A DNA stretch of 64,000 nt, from NCBI GenBank assembly GCA_050273025.1, contig CP158635.1, forward strand, positions 21,080,001 through 21,144,000. Direction: 5' to 3'. Source of the stretch: Cenococcum geophilum. Taxonomy: Eukaryota. Within the stretch, counting starts at the first letter, position 1. Every line of letters starts with the position of its first letter. A model generated the notes under the pieces. The model worked only from the letters and a program-made list of their open reading frames with translations. It had not been told where the DNA came from and made no database searches. A program made the position numbers and the translations under genes. Of this stretch, positions 51,001 to 64,000 are shown one piece after another.

Positions 51001-54000
51001 TTTTATATAAAGTATACCCCTAGTATAAAGTCTAATACGTCTATCTTTATAACTATTTCTAGTCCTAGTTAATAAATCTTAAGAACTGGCTCCTAGGTAA
51101 ATAACGCTTTAACCTTTTTAAATAATTCTTATTACTCCTCTCCTTATGCCTATAGTTCTTCTTTTTTTATTAATTACGTAAATGGTTTAATATCTTTTAA
51201 CTATTACGCTATAAATCGTCTGTAGTAATTATAAAACCTTAAAAATAATTTTAATTATATAACGTTCTCTAGTTCTTACTAATTTACTATAGCCTTAATC
51301 TTCTTTAGATCTATACTAAGTTAGCCTAGTTTAATAATAAATTTAACAAAATCGGTCTTCCTAGTAAAGAACTCGCATTTCTTAATTACTATTAGCATTT
51401 ATTTTTCTTACAGTTTCTTTAAGACCTATTTAACGTATTTCTTATACTCTTCCTTAGTTATTAAGTAGATAATAATATTATTAAGGTATACCATAACAAA
51501 TTTATCTAAGTGCTCTCCTAATATATTATTAATATATTTCTAAAATATTACTAGTACGTTTATAAGTCCAAATTATATAACTAATAGCTTATATAGTCCT
51601 TCCTTTAACCTAAAGGCTGCCTTCTATTTATCACCTTCCTTAATTCTAATCTAATAGTATACCTATCTTAGATCTATTTTTATAAAGATTTACGCGTTAC
51701 CTATTCTATTTTAGATCTTATTAATTAAGGGTAAAGAATACCTATCCTTCCGAGTAATACTATTTAACTATTTATAGTTAATGTATAATCTAAGTTTTCT
51801 ATTCTTCTTTAGTATAAATAGTACTAGATAACCTACTAATAACTATAATAGTCTAATATATCCCTTTTATAAGTTTTCCTAAATAAACTCCTTAAGTGCT
51901 CTACCTTCTTCTTTAGTAAGCTTATAGGTTAGAAAGAACCTTAGACTTATTCCTAGTTTTAACTCTATTTTATAGTCCTATACTATATAATCTAATAGCT
52001 TCTTACTTTTTAGTAACTATAGTTTCTTGCTATACTTATAGTATCTTTTTAGTATATAACTTAAGCCTCGCTTAGTCTCTTTATATATTGCTTCTACTTA
52101 GTACTATACTAACTTAGTTTGCTATTATATCTTACGGCATTAAGTATCTCTAATATTTACTTAGCCTATAATTTAATTAATCTTTAAATTATATTCCTAT
52201 AACTAAGGCATCTTTAATACTACCTTATTTTATCCTAATAGTAAAATATTAAAAGACATCTTAACTTATTTCCCTTTAATAGTTATTTAAATAGGTCCTA
52301 TTTTTAGATTAATAATCCCTCCTTTATAGGCTATTAGATCTCCTAAAATTATAACTAGTAGGTAAGGTTATTTCTTCTATTTATAAGGTAATCCTATTCT
52401 CTTAACTACTGCTAGTAAAATATGGTTTTACGTTACTCTACTATCTATTAGCGCTTTAAATTATTAATCTTACTATTTAACTTATAAATTTAGGTATTAT
52501 CCTTAAATTCCTTTAAGGGTCTAAGGCTTTATTACTAGCTCCCTTTAGTTTTATAGGCCTCTACTTTTCCTAACTACTAGCTGCTTAATCCTATTATACT
52601 TAGCTTACTCTTTAGCTAATACCTAGTTTGCTTTTTGTCTTTAATATACTATAAACACATATTCTCTAGGTACTCCTACTACTATTATCCGTCTAAGCAT
52701 TTTTCCGTAAGGAATCTTTTTAGTTAAAGTATTAAGTTTTCTTTCTCTTAGATTTCTGTTAGATGCCATCCGTATATATATTTAGTATTTCTATACTATC
52801 GCTTATTTAGCGCCTAATATATCCTTATAAGGTATTTCCAATTCTTTTTCTTTAAATTTTTATATATTTTATATATATTATCCACGCATACAATCTATAA
52901 TAGCGTATAGTATACTAGGTACTTTAGGTTAACTCTTAACTTATCCTTATTTTTAAGTTTAAACCTCTACTATACTAATCTAAATATTATAACTTTATTT
53001 ATAGATACTAAGATACGTTTTTTACTTCTTTAGTTCTTTAATCATTTCAAGTTCTTTAAATCCTTTAACATTATAATTAAGGCTCCTTTAATATAAGTTA
53101 TAGCCTTTTCTATAATTAGGTAATCTTAAATAACTCTTTTATCTAACTATATATAGAAATCTTCCTACTTATTATTATATCGTTATCTATACCACTTTTA
53201 GTATAGCTATTAAAGTATATACGGCTTATCCGTAAAAAAGTATCTTCTTATTTCTATATTATAATAGCCCTTTATATATCGTTCCTTAAACCTAATAGGA
53301 ATCCCTAAATCCTCTTCGTTTTCTAGTTTAGTAAGCTACTTAGCTCTTAATATACCTATTCTAGGCCTACTAATAATTCTTTATACTAGTGCTCTATCCT
53401 TTATACGTCTTAATATACTAGATCTCTTATCTAGTTTCTATTCTTACTATACGATAATTCTTTACCTAAATTCCTCTATAGTTTCTTTTAATTTATATCT
53501 CGTAAATAGATCCTTAAAGTTTTCTTACTTCTTAATCTTAGTGTTATGTTCTTTAATAGTCCTTATTCTTGTCTAAAAATCTTAGTTCTATAAGATTTTT
53601 AATCCTAAGCTTACTTCTGTCTTAAGCTTAGCTCTAGCCTTAGTCTAACTAGGCTTACTTAGTATTCTTATCTTATCTTAAGAGTCTTAAATCTTACTTA
53701 TCTTATCTTAAGAATCTTATACCTTTAGAAAACTTCGTCCTAAGCTTATTTATATATTATTAAACTAAGCTATTACTTTACTCTATTAGTTATTATCTAT
53801 TATAGGTCCTTAAGCTTACCTTATTTTATCTTAAGAATCTTAATCCTTTAGCCTTTTACCTTTATTAAGTGCTAAAGTAGCTTATTATCCTACTTCTCTT
53901 ATATCTTATAAAGCGATAGATATTATATCTAGTAGGGTATTAATCCCTACTAATATTCCCTATTTTATAGTGGAATTATCCTTTACCTCTTATATAATAT

Positions 54001-55838
54001 CTCTAAGGTCTATATATTCTTAGTAAACCGCCTTTATTACCTTATTATTATAAAATATTTCGCCTATATTAAAGTTATTGTCCTTAATATCTAATCTGCG
54101 AACTAGTTTATTAGTTCCTTTATATTCTATTAAATATAGCTCCTATAGCTAATAGCCTACGCCATATTTAGCGTCCTTATAAATTTAGTATACGTTATTA
54201 TAATAAAACGTAAAACTTTTAATTAAATATTCTTTTATTCCTTATAGTATATTATTATCCCTCTATATGTATATATTGTCTACTAGTCTTATCCCTTTTA
54301 CTATATAGTAACTTTAACTACTTCTATAGTCTTTAATATAATAATATTATTTTCTGCAATTTATATAAGCTCCTTCTTTAAACTATTTTTCCTATTATAG
54401 AGTCCGCCTAAACGTCTTCTACTACTAAAATCCCTAATTTAGCCTTCACTCCTTAGACCTTTAATTACTTAATCCTTATCGTTTAAGTTTTTATAGTCGT
54501 TTTTTAAACTATTTCTTTTTTTTAGTACTACTTAGGTCTATTAGCTCTGCGCCATACTATAGTTTTTAACTTAGCTTTAATTATTATATGCTTTACGCCT
54601 TATATAACTATAAAACTCTATCCTAGCCTCTCTTAGCCTGTTCCCTTTAGTAGATCTAATTATTAATCTTAATTACTTAATTTATTAGTTCCCTTAGGGT
54701 TTCCATATCTTCTATTAGGATAATTATATCCTAGACTTTAGCCTTAAGTCCTTATTTATACTATACTATAAGCGCCTTATTATTCCACTTAATTTATATT
54801 ACTAACGTCTAAAACTACATTATATACTTAATTGCTAAGGTTTATTATATAATATCTTAGAGTTTTCTTTTTACTATAGTTACTACCTCTAGGTCTCTAA
54901 ATATCTATATAAGTTACTTTATAAATCCTTCCTAGCTTATAAATATAAACCATACTTTTTAATTAGTAGTTATTATTCCATTCGCTTATATTTCTATAAG
55001 GTAAAACTTAAACTATTTAAGTACTCTTCCTAATAGGAATAGTCCCGTATACGCTATTTAATCTATAGGTATTAGTAGCTTAGCTCCTTTTTATATAACC
55101 TTAAAGTACATTTATATAAGGAATCCTTTAAGTTTTAATTTTTCTTCTAAGTACCTTTTAATTAATAGTAGTTTGATCTTTATCACTCCCACCCTATTAA
55201 TCCTATTTTTTAACGTTATATTATTTTCTATTAGCTAGTTAACTATCTCTTATAGCTGTCTAACTATTATAGGTTGCTATAAGTTAATATCTATTATATT
55301 AGTGTTATTACCTAACCTTAAAGTAGTTGCCGCTATTAATAGCATTATAGTAGCTGTTTTTAGTGGTATATTATTTAACTTTCTATATTTAATACTATAA
55401 CTAGGTAGTAATTGTGTAATAAAACCTTGTAGTAAGTACTACAATAGGCTTATTAATAGGCTAGGTATATAGGTAATGTAAATTAAAGTTAATAACGTAA
55501 TAATAACTAGTGGAGTGGTTGCCTAATAAATTAACTCTAATTATATTCTAAGAATTACTATAAGAAAGGAACTATCTAGGTAGGGACTAAGGGTCCTTAA
55601 ATATACAACTATACTCCTATAAAATCCTTCTTATATATAATATACGTATGCTCTATCTACTTTATTATGGATTATATAGATCCTATAGATTATACAAATT
55701 ACATTACGTAACCTTAGTTACTATTCCTCGTTACATAGCTCTATTGGCTCTATCCTAGACCATACCTAAATTAACTAACTAGCTTCTTCCGACTCTTCCC
55801 TAAGTAGTTATAACATTATACTTAAAGCGTCCGTAACA
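48003..55838 (-). mobile_element. Complete uninterrupted Gypsy/chromovirus 'element H' (7836 bp), same family as G, inverted
   Basis: 424-bp LTRs at 48003-48426 (3') and 55415-55838 (5'); TSD CTTTA at 47998-48002 and 55839-55843, within the RT D-R-Y-x-L-P-L-I codons of G. Confidence 0.95.
48535..49140 (+). pseudogene. Antisense accessory ORF of element H (Cys-cluster plus coiled coil)
   Basis: Literal PSLYSCYLKEGLVY...FYLECTKANIYLSYNVR de-RIPs to PSPCSRCxKEGLVC...SCSECTKANIRSSCDVR. Confidence 0.55.
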
Positions 55839-58429
55839 CTTTACCCTTAATTAGTAAGATTTAAGATAGGATAAGTAATGTGTAAATCTTTATAAAAATA
55901 GATCTAAGATAGGCGTACTATTAGATTAGAATTAAGGAAGGTAATAAATAAAAAGTAGCTTTTAGGATAAAAGAAGGACTATATAAGCTATTAGTTATAT
56001 AATTCGGACTTATAAACGCACTAGCAATATTTTAGAAACGTATTAATAATGTGTTAGAAGAGCACTTAGATAAATTTGTTATAGTATACCTTAATAATAT
56101 TATTATCTACTTAATAACTAAGGAAGAGTACGGAGAATATATTAAATAGGTCTTAAAGAGACTATAAGAAAAATAAATGCTAGTAGCAATTAAGAAATAT
56201 AAGTTCTTTACTAGGAAGACCGATTTTATTAGATTTATTATTAAACTAGGCTAACTTAGTATAGATCTAAAGAAGATTAAGGCTATAGTAAATTGGTAAG
56301 AACTAAAGAATATTATATAATTAAGATCGTTTCTAGGGTTTTGCAATTACTATAGACGATTTATAGCGTAATAGTTAAAAAATATTAAACTATTTACGCA
56401 ATTAATAAAGAAAGAAGAACTATAGGTATAGGGAAAGAAGCAGTAAGAATTGTTTAAAAGGGTTAAAGCGTTGTTTACCTAGGAGCTAGTTTTTAAGATC
56501 TATTAACTAGGACTAGAGACAGTTATAGAGATAGATATATTAGACTTTATACTAGGGGCATACTTTATATAGAAATACTAAAATAGATAGCACCTAGTAG
56601 TATACTATAGTAGGAAAATAACACTACCGGAGTTAAACTATAACATCTACAATAAGGAGTTATTAGGTATAGTTATAGTACTAAAGAAATAAAGAGCATT
56701 CTTATAAGGTATAGAGAAACTATTTATAGTTAAGATGGATTATAAGAACCTAATAGGATTCCTAATAATAAAGGAACTTAACTAAAGATAGGTTAGATGG
56801 GTAGAGATACTTATAAAATACTATTTTAAGATTTAGTATATTAAAGGTATAGATAATATATAAGTAGACGCTCTAAGTTAAAAAGCTAAACTATAAAATA
56901 ATAAAAAGCCATTAGGAGCTTTACTGCGAAAAGATATAAATAGATTAATTAGGTATAATTATCTAAAAATTATAGCAACTTAAGAGAATAAGGAGCTAGG
57001 AAGAATCTATAAGATATTAGAAAGCTTTTAGGTATAAAGGATTTTTAAAGTATAGCTAAAAGAATAGTTAGAATATTTAGGAGAAGAAATATTGTATAAA
57101 TACTAAGAAGTAAAGTATATCCTAAGAAGTATAGTAGAATACTTTATAAAGGATTTCTATAAGGGAATAACTTAAGGATATAATAGAGCCACGGGCTTAG
57201 TATTAAAACTCTAAGAGAAGTGTATTATTAATAGAATTTAAGGCTTAGCATAAAAAGTTATAAAGAAATATCTAAATTACTAGAGAAATAAACTAATAAG
57301 GCATAAGCTATATAGAGGGCTATAACCTATTAAAATACTAAAGAGACTATAAGAAGTTATATTATAGGACTTTATTATTAAGTTACTAACGTTAAAAAAC
57401 CCTATTACTAGATAAGATTATAACGTAATCTTAGTAATAGTAGATAAGCTTATAAAGTGGGAATACTTTATAGTATATATAGAAGAAATATTAGCAGAAG
57501 ATATCGCTAGAATCTATATTAAAGAAGTATTTATAAGATATAAAGCATTAAGTAAAATTATATTAGATAGAGACCTAAGATTTATAGTAGTATTTTAGGA
57601 GGTATTTTTTAGCGGAATAAGGAGTTAGAGCAGTAACTTTTACTATATATTATCTATAGATAGACGGTTAAATAGAAAGATTAAATTAGATACCAAAATA
57701 ATATCTAAGGTATTATATTAATTATATATAAAATAATTAGGTATTATTGTTACCAGTTATATAGTTTATATATAATATAACACTATAAAAAGGGATAGGT
57801 ATATTACTATTTAAGGCAAACTATAGATATAAGTTAAGAATATTGTTATTACTACGGTAAGTAAAGAAAATAAGTAGTATAGCTAAAGAAAGAATAAAGA
57901 CACTAATAAATCTTTATATAGACTTTATAGAATTAGTAAAGCAAGTATAAGAGAGAATAAAAAAGTATTATAATGTTAAGAGATCTAAAGGACCAGATTT
58001 TAAGGAGGGAGATAAAGTATAGCTACTATATAAAATTTTTAAGAGTTAATAACTAAGTAAGAAGTTAGACTATATTAGATTAGGACCTTTTAAAATTATA
58101 TAAAGGATTTTACTAATTACGTTTAAGTTAAACCTATTAGTTAAAATAAAAATCTACCCTATATAGTATATTGTAATACTAGAGCTAGTATATAGGAATA
58201 TTAAGCTACTAGTTTATAAAGCAGACACGTATAGAGGATAGAAAGAGGATAAATAGTAAGTTTTAAAAATCGTTAGTTATAAGGATATTAATAATAAAAT
58301 ATGGTATAAGGTTAAGTAAATAGGCTATACTAAAACTACCTAAAAACTACTAGAAAATTTAAAGAACGCTATAGGAAAGGTATAGGAGTATTAAAAGAAA
58401 TTAGGTTAGGTAGTATTAATAAAGAAGAA

Positions 58430-59041
58430 TTACTAAAGAATAAGTTACCTAAAGGGGACCTAAGAAGAGTAGTTACTAAACTACTTAGATATATTTCCTT
58501 CTCTATTAAAAGAAAATCTATTTTTTTATTGCTAAGTTCCTATAGACCTTATTCTATAAGTTTCTACTCCTTAAAATAGACCTTTTTATATACCTTTTTA
58601 AGATAGATTAACTAAGCGGACGCTATAAGACAAGATTTAAGAGCCCGTTGCTAAGTATCGGCAGCCTCCTATTCTGCGTTATAAGAACGGCGTAACTCCG
58701 CTAAAGTAATAGACAATTTATTATTTAGCCGCGTAGTAGTAGATTAAATATAAGACCTTAAGATAAATTAATTAGAGAACTAGATAATTATTAAGAGTAA
58801 TAGGTTATATATATTTAGCATTAAAAGTAAAGCGAACGTTATAAGATAAACAAATATTCGCTTTAGTATACTTTAAGTAAGAGGACGGTTATTATAAAGA
58901 TGGGTTTACTAACGTAATATAAACTAACGCCTTTTTTAAATAGCAAGAATACGGAGATAGTATAATCTTACTAAGAGATAATATCGCAGCAATAGTACGA
59001 ATGCGACGAGCAGTTAAAGAAGAAGAAATTGCTTTAGGTAT
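58430..59041 (-). pseudogene. Antisense accessory ORF of element G
   Basis: Homologous to 48535-49140 and 33330-33910. Confidence 0.55.
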
Positions 59042-59683
59042 AGTAAGTAATAATATTAACCAAATTAACTAAACGGATATTATACCTCTAGTAAACGACT
59101 TAAAGATACTTAGAATTTTTAAGAATAAAGATAAAGAGGAGGGAGATGGTATTATAGACGCTTTAAGTATAATATTATAACTACTTAGGGAAGAGTTGGA
59201 AAAAGCTAGTTAGTTAATTTAAGCATGGTCTAGAATGGAGCCAATATAGCTATATAACAAGAAATGGTAACTAAAGTCACGTAATATAATCTATATAATT
59301 TATAGGATCTATATAATCCGTAATAGAGTAAATAGAGTATATATATATTATATATAAGAAGGATTTTATAGGAGTACGGTTGTGTATTTAAGGACCCTTA
59401 ATCCCTACCTAGATAGTTCCTTCCTTATAGTAATTCTTAGAATATAATTAGAGTTAATCTATTAGGCAACTACTCTACTAGTTATTATTACGTTATTAAT
59501 TTTAATTTGTATTACCTACACACCTAGCCTATTAATGAGCCTATTATAGTACTTGCTATAAGGTTCCGTTACACTAGCAGCTAAATATAAATTAGGCAGC
59601 GTGCTTTAATACTATTATTACCGCTATAAATGCGGATTTATAAACCGCCCGCTTCTTTCTCTAGGGCCCTATAGGTACTAGTA

Positions 59684-62600
59684 TATTACGGAACCCTACC
59701 GTAGGGGCCTTTATAGGAGAACCCCATACTTTTATATACACCTCGCGTATAGCTTATATTAGCTACGCGTAGGTATATTACCTCCTTACGCCCTTAACCC
59801 TTACAATTAATTGCGTAACGTCTTGTAGACTTCTTAAATACATACGCTCTGTAGCCACTGCCCCCGTCCTATAATATTACGTTACGCCTTTTTTACTACC
59901 AATATTTAGCCTATAACCAATTTTACGTCTTTATAATACCGTAGGCGCTACTAAAAGCAGCGTGTTTATAAGTTACCCTACTCTATACTTTTAAGGAACC
60001 TATAATAGTAAGATAATATTCCTTACTAGCTACTATATTAAACTTAAAGAATAATCTAATACCTATACTTAACCTACGCCGCCAATTAACCCCAGGAGAA
60101 TTTAATTTATTAGCCCTAGTTTTAACCCCTAAGGGGAAGCCTAGTGGCTTAAAAGATTATAATAACCTTAACGAGGTAGACATTAACAATGTTTTATCCT
60201 TTATTAACTATATAACTACGGATAAGTAAGCGGAAGAGCTACTACCTATTAAAATTAAAATATAAGATACTAAGACGTTTATAAAAAAGGTAGCACGAGA
60301 ACTTAATAAATACTACTGCCTTCTATAGAACTACTACCTAAAGCTTATATAAGCCGAAATACATACTACCTAAGATCGCGACATTATTTAAGACCTATAA
60401 GCTTATAAGGTGCTTACTAACAATATACGCTAAGAGACTAAAGACAACCTTTGTATATCTAAACGCGACGTCTAATAGTTAAAGAAGGCTAAGATTGCAC
60501 TTATTACTATAGTTACTAAAAAAGATAGTACAATTAAATACCTATAATCTTAGCTTAATAAGCATATTTGTAATAACGCTAGATACCTCTTTACTACATA
60601 TAACGCCACCTAAGTCTTTACGCCCCTGGCAACTTTACCTACTTAACACTTAATAAAGGGTTAGCGCTAAGTAGCCTTACTTAACGGGAACCCCTACTAA
60701 AGCAGCAATAATAAAAGCCATAATAATCGAACCTAAGCTGCCACTATAAGGTTTAATGCATGTTACCTTAATCCCCTAGTCTTTTAGGAAGACTGTAAGG
60801 AATACAGCCACTAGAAGATATAAATCCGCGAGAAACTAGCCTAGAGCGCCTGCCTTTTTCCTATAAAAAATACTAAGATTAGTTATATTATCGGGCGAAT
60901 AAAGGGTATACTATTTAATAGACTCTTCGCCTAATGGAAGACTAATAGCCCCTAGAAGTAGCAGTCCTATTAAAAAGTCCTTAATAATCTTAACCTAATA
61001 TACCGCGACTACAACCTATTAGCCACTAGCTAAGCTAAGCTATATACCCTAAAGATAAACCCCACTAAATTATTTAATAAATTCTATATTAAATTCTAGG
61101 AATATACTAGAGCCCTTACTTAAGATAATACTAAAGATTAAAAGGACCTCCTTAAAAAAGTTACTTATTACCTTAGTTACGCAGCCGCTAGCTATAACTA
61201 TAATAATATTTATAATATAGTAGCAGCTCTACAGAAGATTAAACGACGACTAAATTAGATTACTACTACTAACTTTTACCTAAAGACCTCTTTATAGAAG
61301 CCTTTTGGGCCTACTAAACCTATATATATTAAGCTACCGACGCCTACTACCTTAAGTGCTACTAGAGCTAATATCGATTTCTCTATACCAAACTTTCTAT
61401 AAAAACTCCTAGATAGAGAGCGCGAGCTACTTTAGAAACTAGGACGCTGCTATAAATGCTATTAAGAAAGCTGCTATTGCGATAACCTAAACTACCTAAT
61501 AGCTAGGTTTAGTAGCCGCCGCCTAATACCTAGCCTAATACCCTAAACACTAAATATATTGCTACGCATCACTACCATATAAGATAAAAACGCAGTAATA
61601 GCGGTAAAGTTAGATATAAAAGTAGAAAACGCTAAGTCCTAGCTCTAAGTCGTGGGTTAGGACGCCCTAATAATAGAGAGATCTATATATCGGCTTACTT
61701 AATAAATAACTTAATAAAGATAAATAGATAGAAATAGATAGTTTTACCTATAATAGGAACTATTGCTAAAAAACAATATAAAAGCTGTTTTATAATTAAT
61801 TGCGGAGCTACTAATAAATTTATAAATACTTAATTTATATATACTTATAACCTACCTACCTTACCCCTTACTAAAGCCCGCGCCCTATAACTTACTAACA
61901 GTAGTTATACCGCATAGAAGATTACCTATATAGTATAACTTTACCTAGATATAAATAGGCACTAGGAAGAACTCTGGGCCTATATTATACTACTTACCAA
62001 CTACCCTATTATCCTTAAAATAAACTAGCTTAAATAATATAACCCTACTATTAACTAGAAGAAGAAAGAAGTAACCTTTAACTCTAAATACTGTAGAGAG
62101 ACTTACCTAGGGCATAGCCTAGCCGCCTCTATTTACTTCTTAGAATATTAACCTATGGAACCCCTTATTATTCTACCTATAACTAACTACCACTATATAA
62201 GTGCCCTAGCCTTCTACTGTATAGTATATAGGAAAGATTAAACCGTTGCCGTAGCTTCCTAATTACGACTATATAAGCTTAATAAAGAATAGGACTATAT
62301 CCTCTATAGTAATAGAATAGATATAATTAACCTTTTAAAAGACGACGCCCCTATAAAACTCTATAGACTTTTACCTTTAGACTTTAAGAAGTTTATAAAG
62401 CTTAAAAAAGGACTTACCAACGAAGAACTCCGCAAGCTCCTCCTTAAGAGGTACTATAACTTTACTAATATATGCTTATAAAAGGGCGCAGATATACTCC
62501 CCCAATATTAACCTAATAACTATACCATTAATATTAAATAAGGAAAAATACTACCTTATAAGAGACCCTACCTAATATTAAAAGATAAACTTCTAGTTAT

Positions 62601-64000
62601 AAAAAAGTATATTAACGAGCACCTTAATAAAGGATTTATTCGTCCTAGCATATTACTAGCAGCCGCCCCTATCCTTCTCGCTAAGAAACTAGGAGAAGGT
62701 ATTTAATTCTACGTTAACTATAGAGGACTTAACGCTATTATAATTAAAAACTAATACCTAGTACCGCTTATACATAAGACCCTTAAGCGGCTTAGTTAAG
62801 CTAAAATCTATACTAAGCTTAATATTATTGCCGCCTTTAACTATCTCTAAATACGGAAAGGTAACGAATAAAAAACTATATTCGCATTGCGCTTTAGCCA
62901 ATTAAAATATACTATTATGCCCTTTAGCGTATATAACGGCCCAGGCACCTTCTAAAGCTATATTAATAACGCCTTATAAGACTACCTTAACGACTTCTGC
63001 TATGCGTACCTAAATAATATACTTATTTATAGTAATAACTCTTTTAAGCATACTAAATACGTTTAAAAGGTCCTATAGCGCCTTAGGGATATAGGACTTT
63101 ATATTAATTTAAAGAAAAACAAATTTTTAGTTATAGAAGTAAAATACCTTAAACTAATTATTACTACTAAGGGTATCTATATACACCCCAAAAAAGTACG
63201 TATAATTACTAAATAGCAAGCCCCTAACTGTATTAAGGATATATAAGCCTTTCTTAATTTTGCTAACTTCTATTAGAAATTTATATATAACTTCTTAGGC
63301 GTAGTAGTACTACTTATAGTAATAATGCAAACGAAGGGCCTTTCTATAAAAGGAAGAAAAATACACCTACGCTTTACCTAGACGCCTAAATATAAGAAGA
63401 CGTTCTAAGACCTTAAAAACGCCTTTACTAAAGCACCTATCCTAGCTTACTTTACACTAGGATAACAACTCTATCTTAAAACCAACTCCTTAGACCACGT
63501 TAACGCAGACATCCCTTTCTAGATAGGCGATAACGGTCTCCTTTACCTAGTTATATTCTATTCGTCAAAACTTATACTATAAGAGTATAACTATAAAATC
63601 TATAATAAAGAACTCCTTATAATTATATAAGCGTTTAAAGAATTTTAACTAGAACTCTCCTTAGTAGAACCTAACTAGCTAACTAAAGTCCTTACGGACT
63701 ATCGCAACCTTAAGTACTTTATAACTATAAAGTAGCTAAACTAACGCTAGGCACGTAAGAACAAGTTCCTCTTTAGTTTTAACTTTAAAATTATATATAG
63801 ACTAGGAGTATAAGGTACTAAACCTAATAGCCTAATACGCCGCTTATAAGACCTTCCTTAGTCTAAAGATAACCCCTATAATTAGTTCCAACAATAGACA
63901 ATCCTAAAAGCATAAAATTTGGCCCTAGGCATACCACCTACAATAGAGCCAACTATACCTTAGCTTTATACCACAGAACTAGAGTTACCTCCTAAAATTA
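59684..64000 (+). mobile_element. Gypsy LTR retrotransposon 'element I' (5' LTR ~59684-59876, gag, protease, RT, RNase H), running off the window
   Basis: LTR-like T(G)TTACGG...ATAATA interrupting the Helitron Walker A. De-RIP motifs: protease IDCGA ~61795; RT FCVDYRGLNA ~62707 and AYLDDILIYS ~63004; RNase H NYEIYDKELL ~63589. The second LTR is not visible. Confidence 0.88.

Larger units (their letters stand above)
43928..59573 (+). mobile_element. Complete Gypsy/chromovirus 'element G' (7.8-kb family), split by element H
   Basis: 424-bp LTRs at 43928-44351 and 59150-59573; TSD CTAGC at 43923-43927 and 59574-59578; PPT aaagaggagggaga before 59150. Confidence 0.95.
39080..59683 (+). mobile_element. 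Helitron (Rep-Hel), RIP-degraded, in pieces 39080-41635, 42843-43927 and 59579-59683; 3' end not in window
   Basis: TCTTATATATAC-type 5' end. De-RIP motifs: RAYNAALAFTS ~40110, FQIHGELYH ~40195, YMPLHYVLLFP ~40660, FTANPKW ~41108, HUH motif EYQKRGLPHLHLLL ~41282-41323, MVHGPCG ~41450, VKYIHKYIYKG ~42956, Pif1 Walker A FFLQGPAGTG ~59653-59683. Confidence 0.9.

Noticed and set aside
1..64000. Assigning named families (e.g. Leptosphaeria Rolly/Olly/Polly/Pholy) or a species; a hidden avirulence/effector gene
   Set aside because: The architecture is similar, but identity cannot be verified without a library search. Essentially all sequence is accounted for by TEs, leaving no unique gene island.

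Overview
No intact cellular gene is present. The window is an AT-rich block of nested transposable elements from a filamentous ascomycete, heavily degraded by repeat-induced point mutation (RIP: C>T and G>A changes, strong TpA excess, TAA/TAG stops in all coding frames). It resembles the AT isochores of fungi such as Leptosphaeria, but the species cannot be named from the sequence. LTR ends, polypurine tracts (PPT) and target-site duplications (TSD) resolve about 14 insertions. Five are copies of one ~7.8-kb Gypsy/chromovirus family with ~420-bp LTRs (B, A, D, G, H). The rest are three further Gypsy families (1, C, I), a large Gypsy element (R), a Copia element (E), a 2.2-kb non-autonomous LTR element (F), a RIP-free solo LTR, a Helitron and a TA-flanked foldback element. 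Nesting reaches five levels. The most interesting signal is in element R: between pol and its 3' LTR it carries a ~2.8-kb accessory reading frame whose hand-de-RIPped C-terminal half looks like an Fe(II)/2-oxoglutarate dioxygenase (HxD...H). In addition, a CCAAT-flanked dyad with a compensatory base-pair change sits just 3' of pol in three unrelated retroelements, and the dominant family carries an antisense Cys-cluster ORF. All 'de-RIP' protein readings are manual inferences, not database hits.
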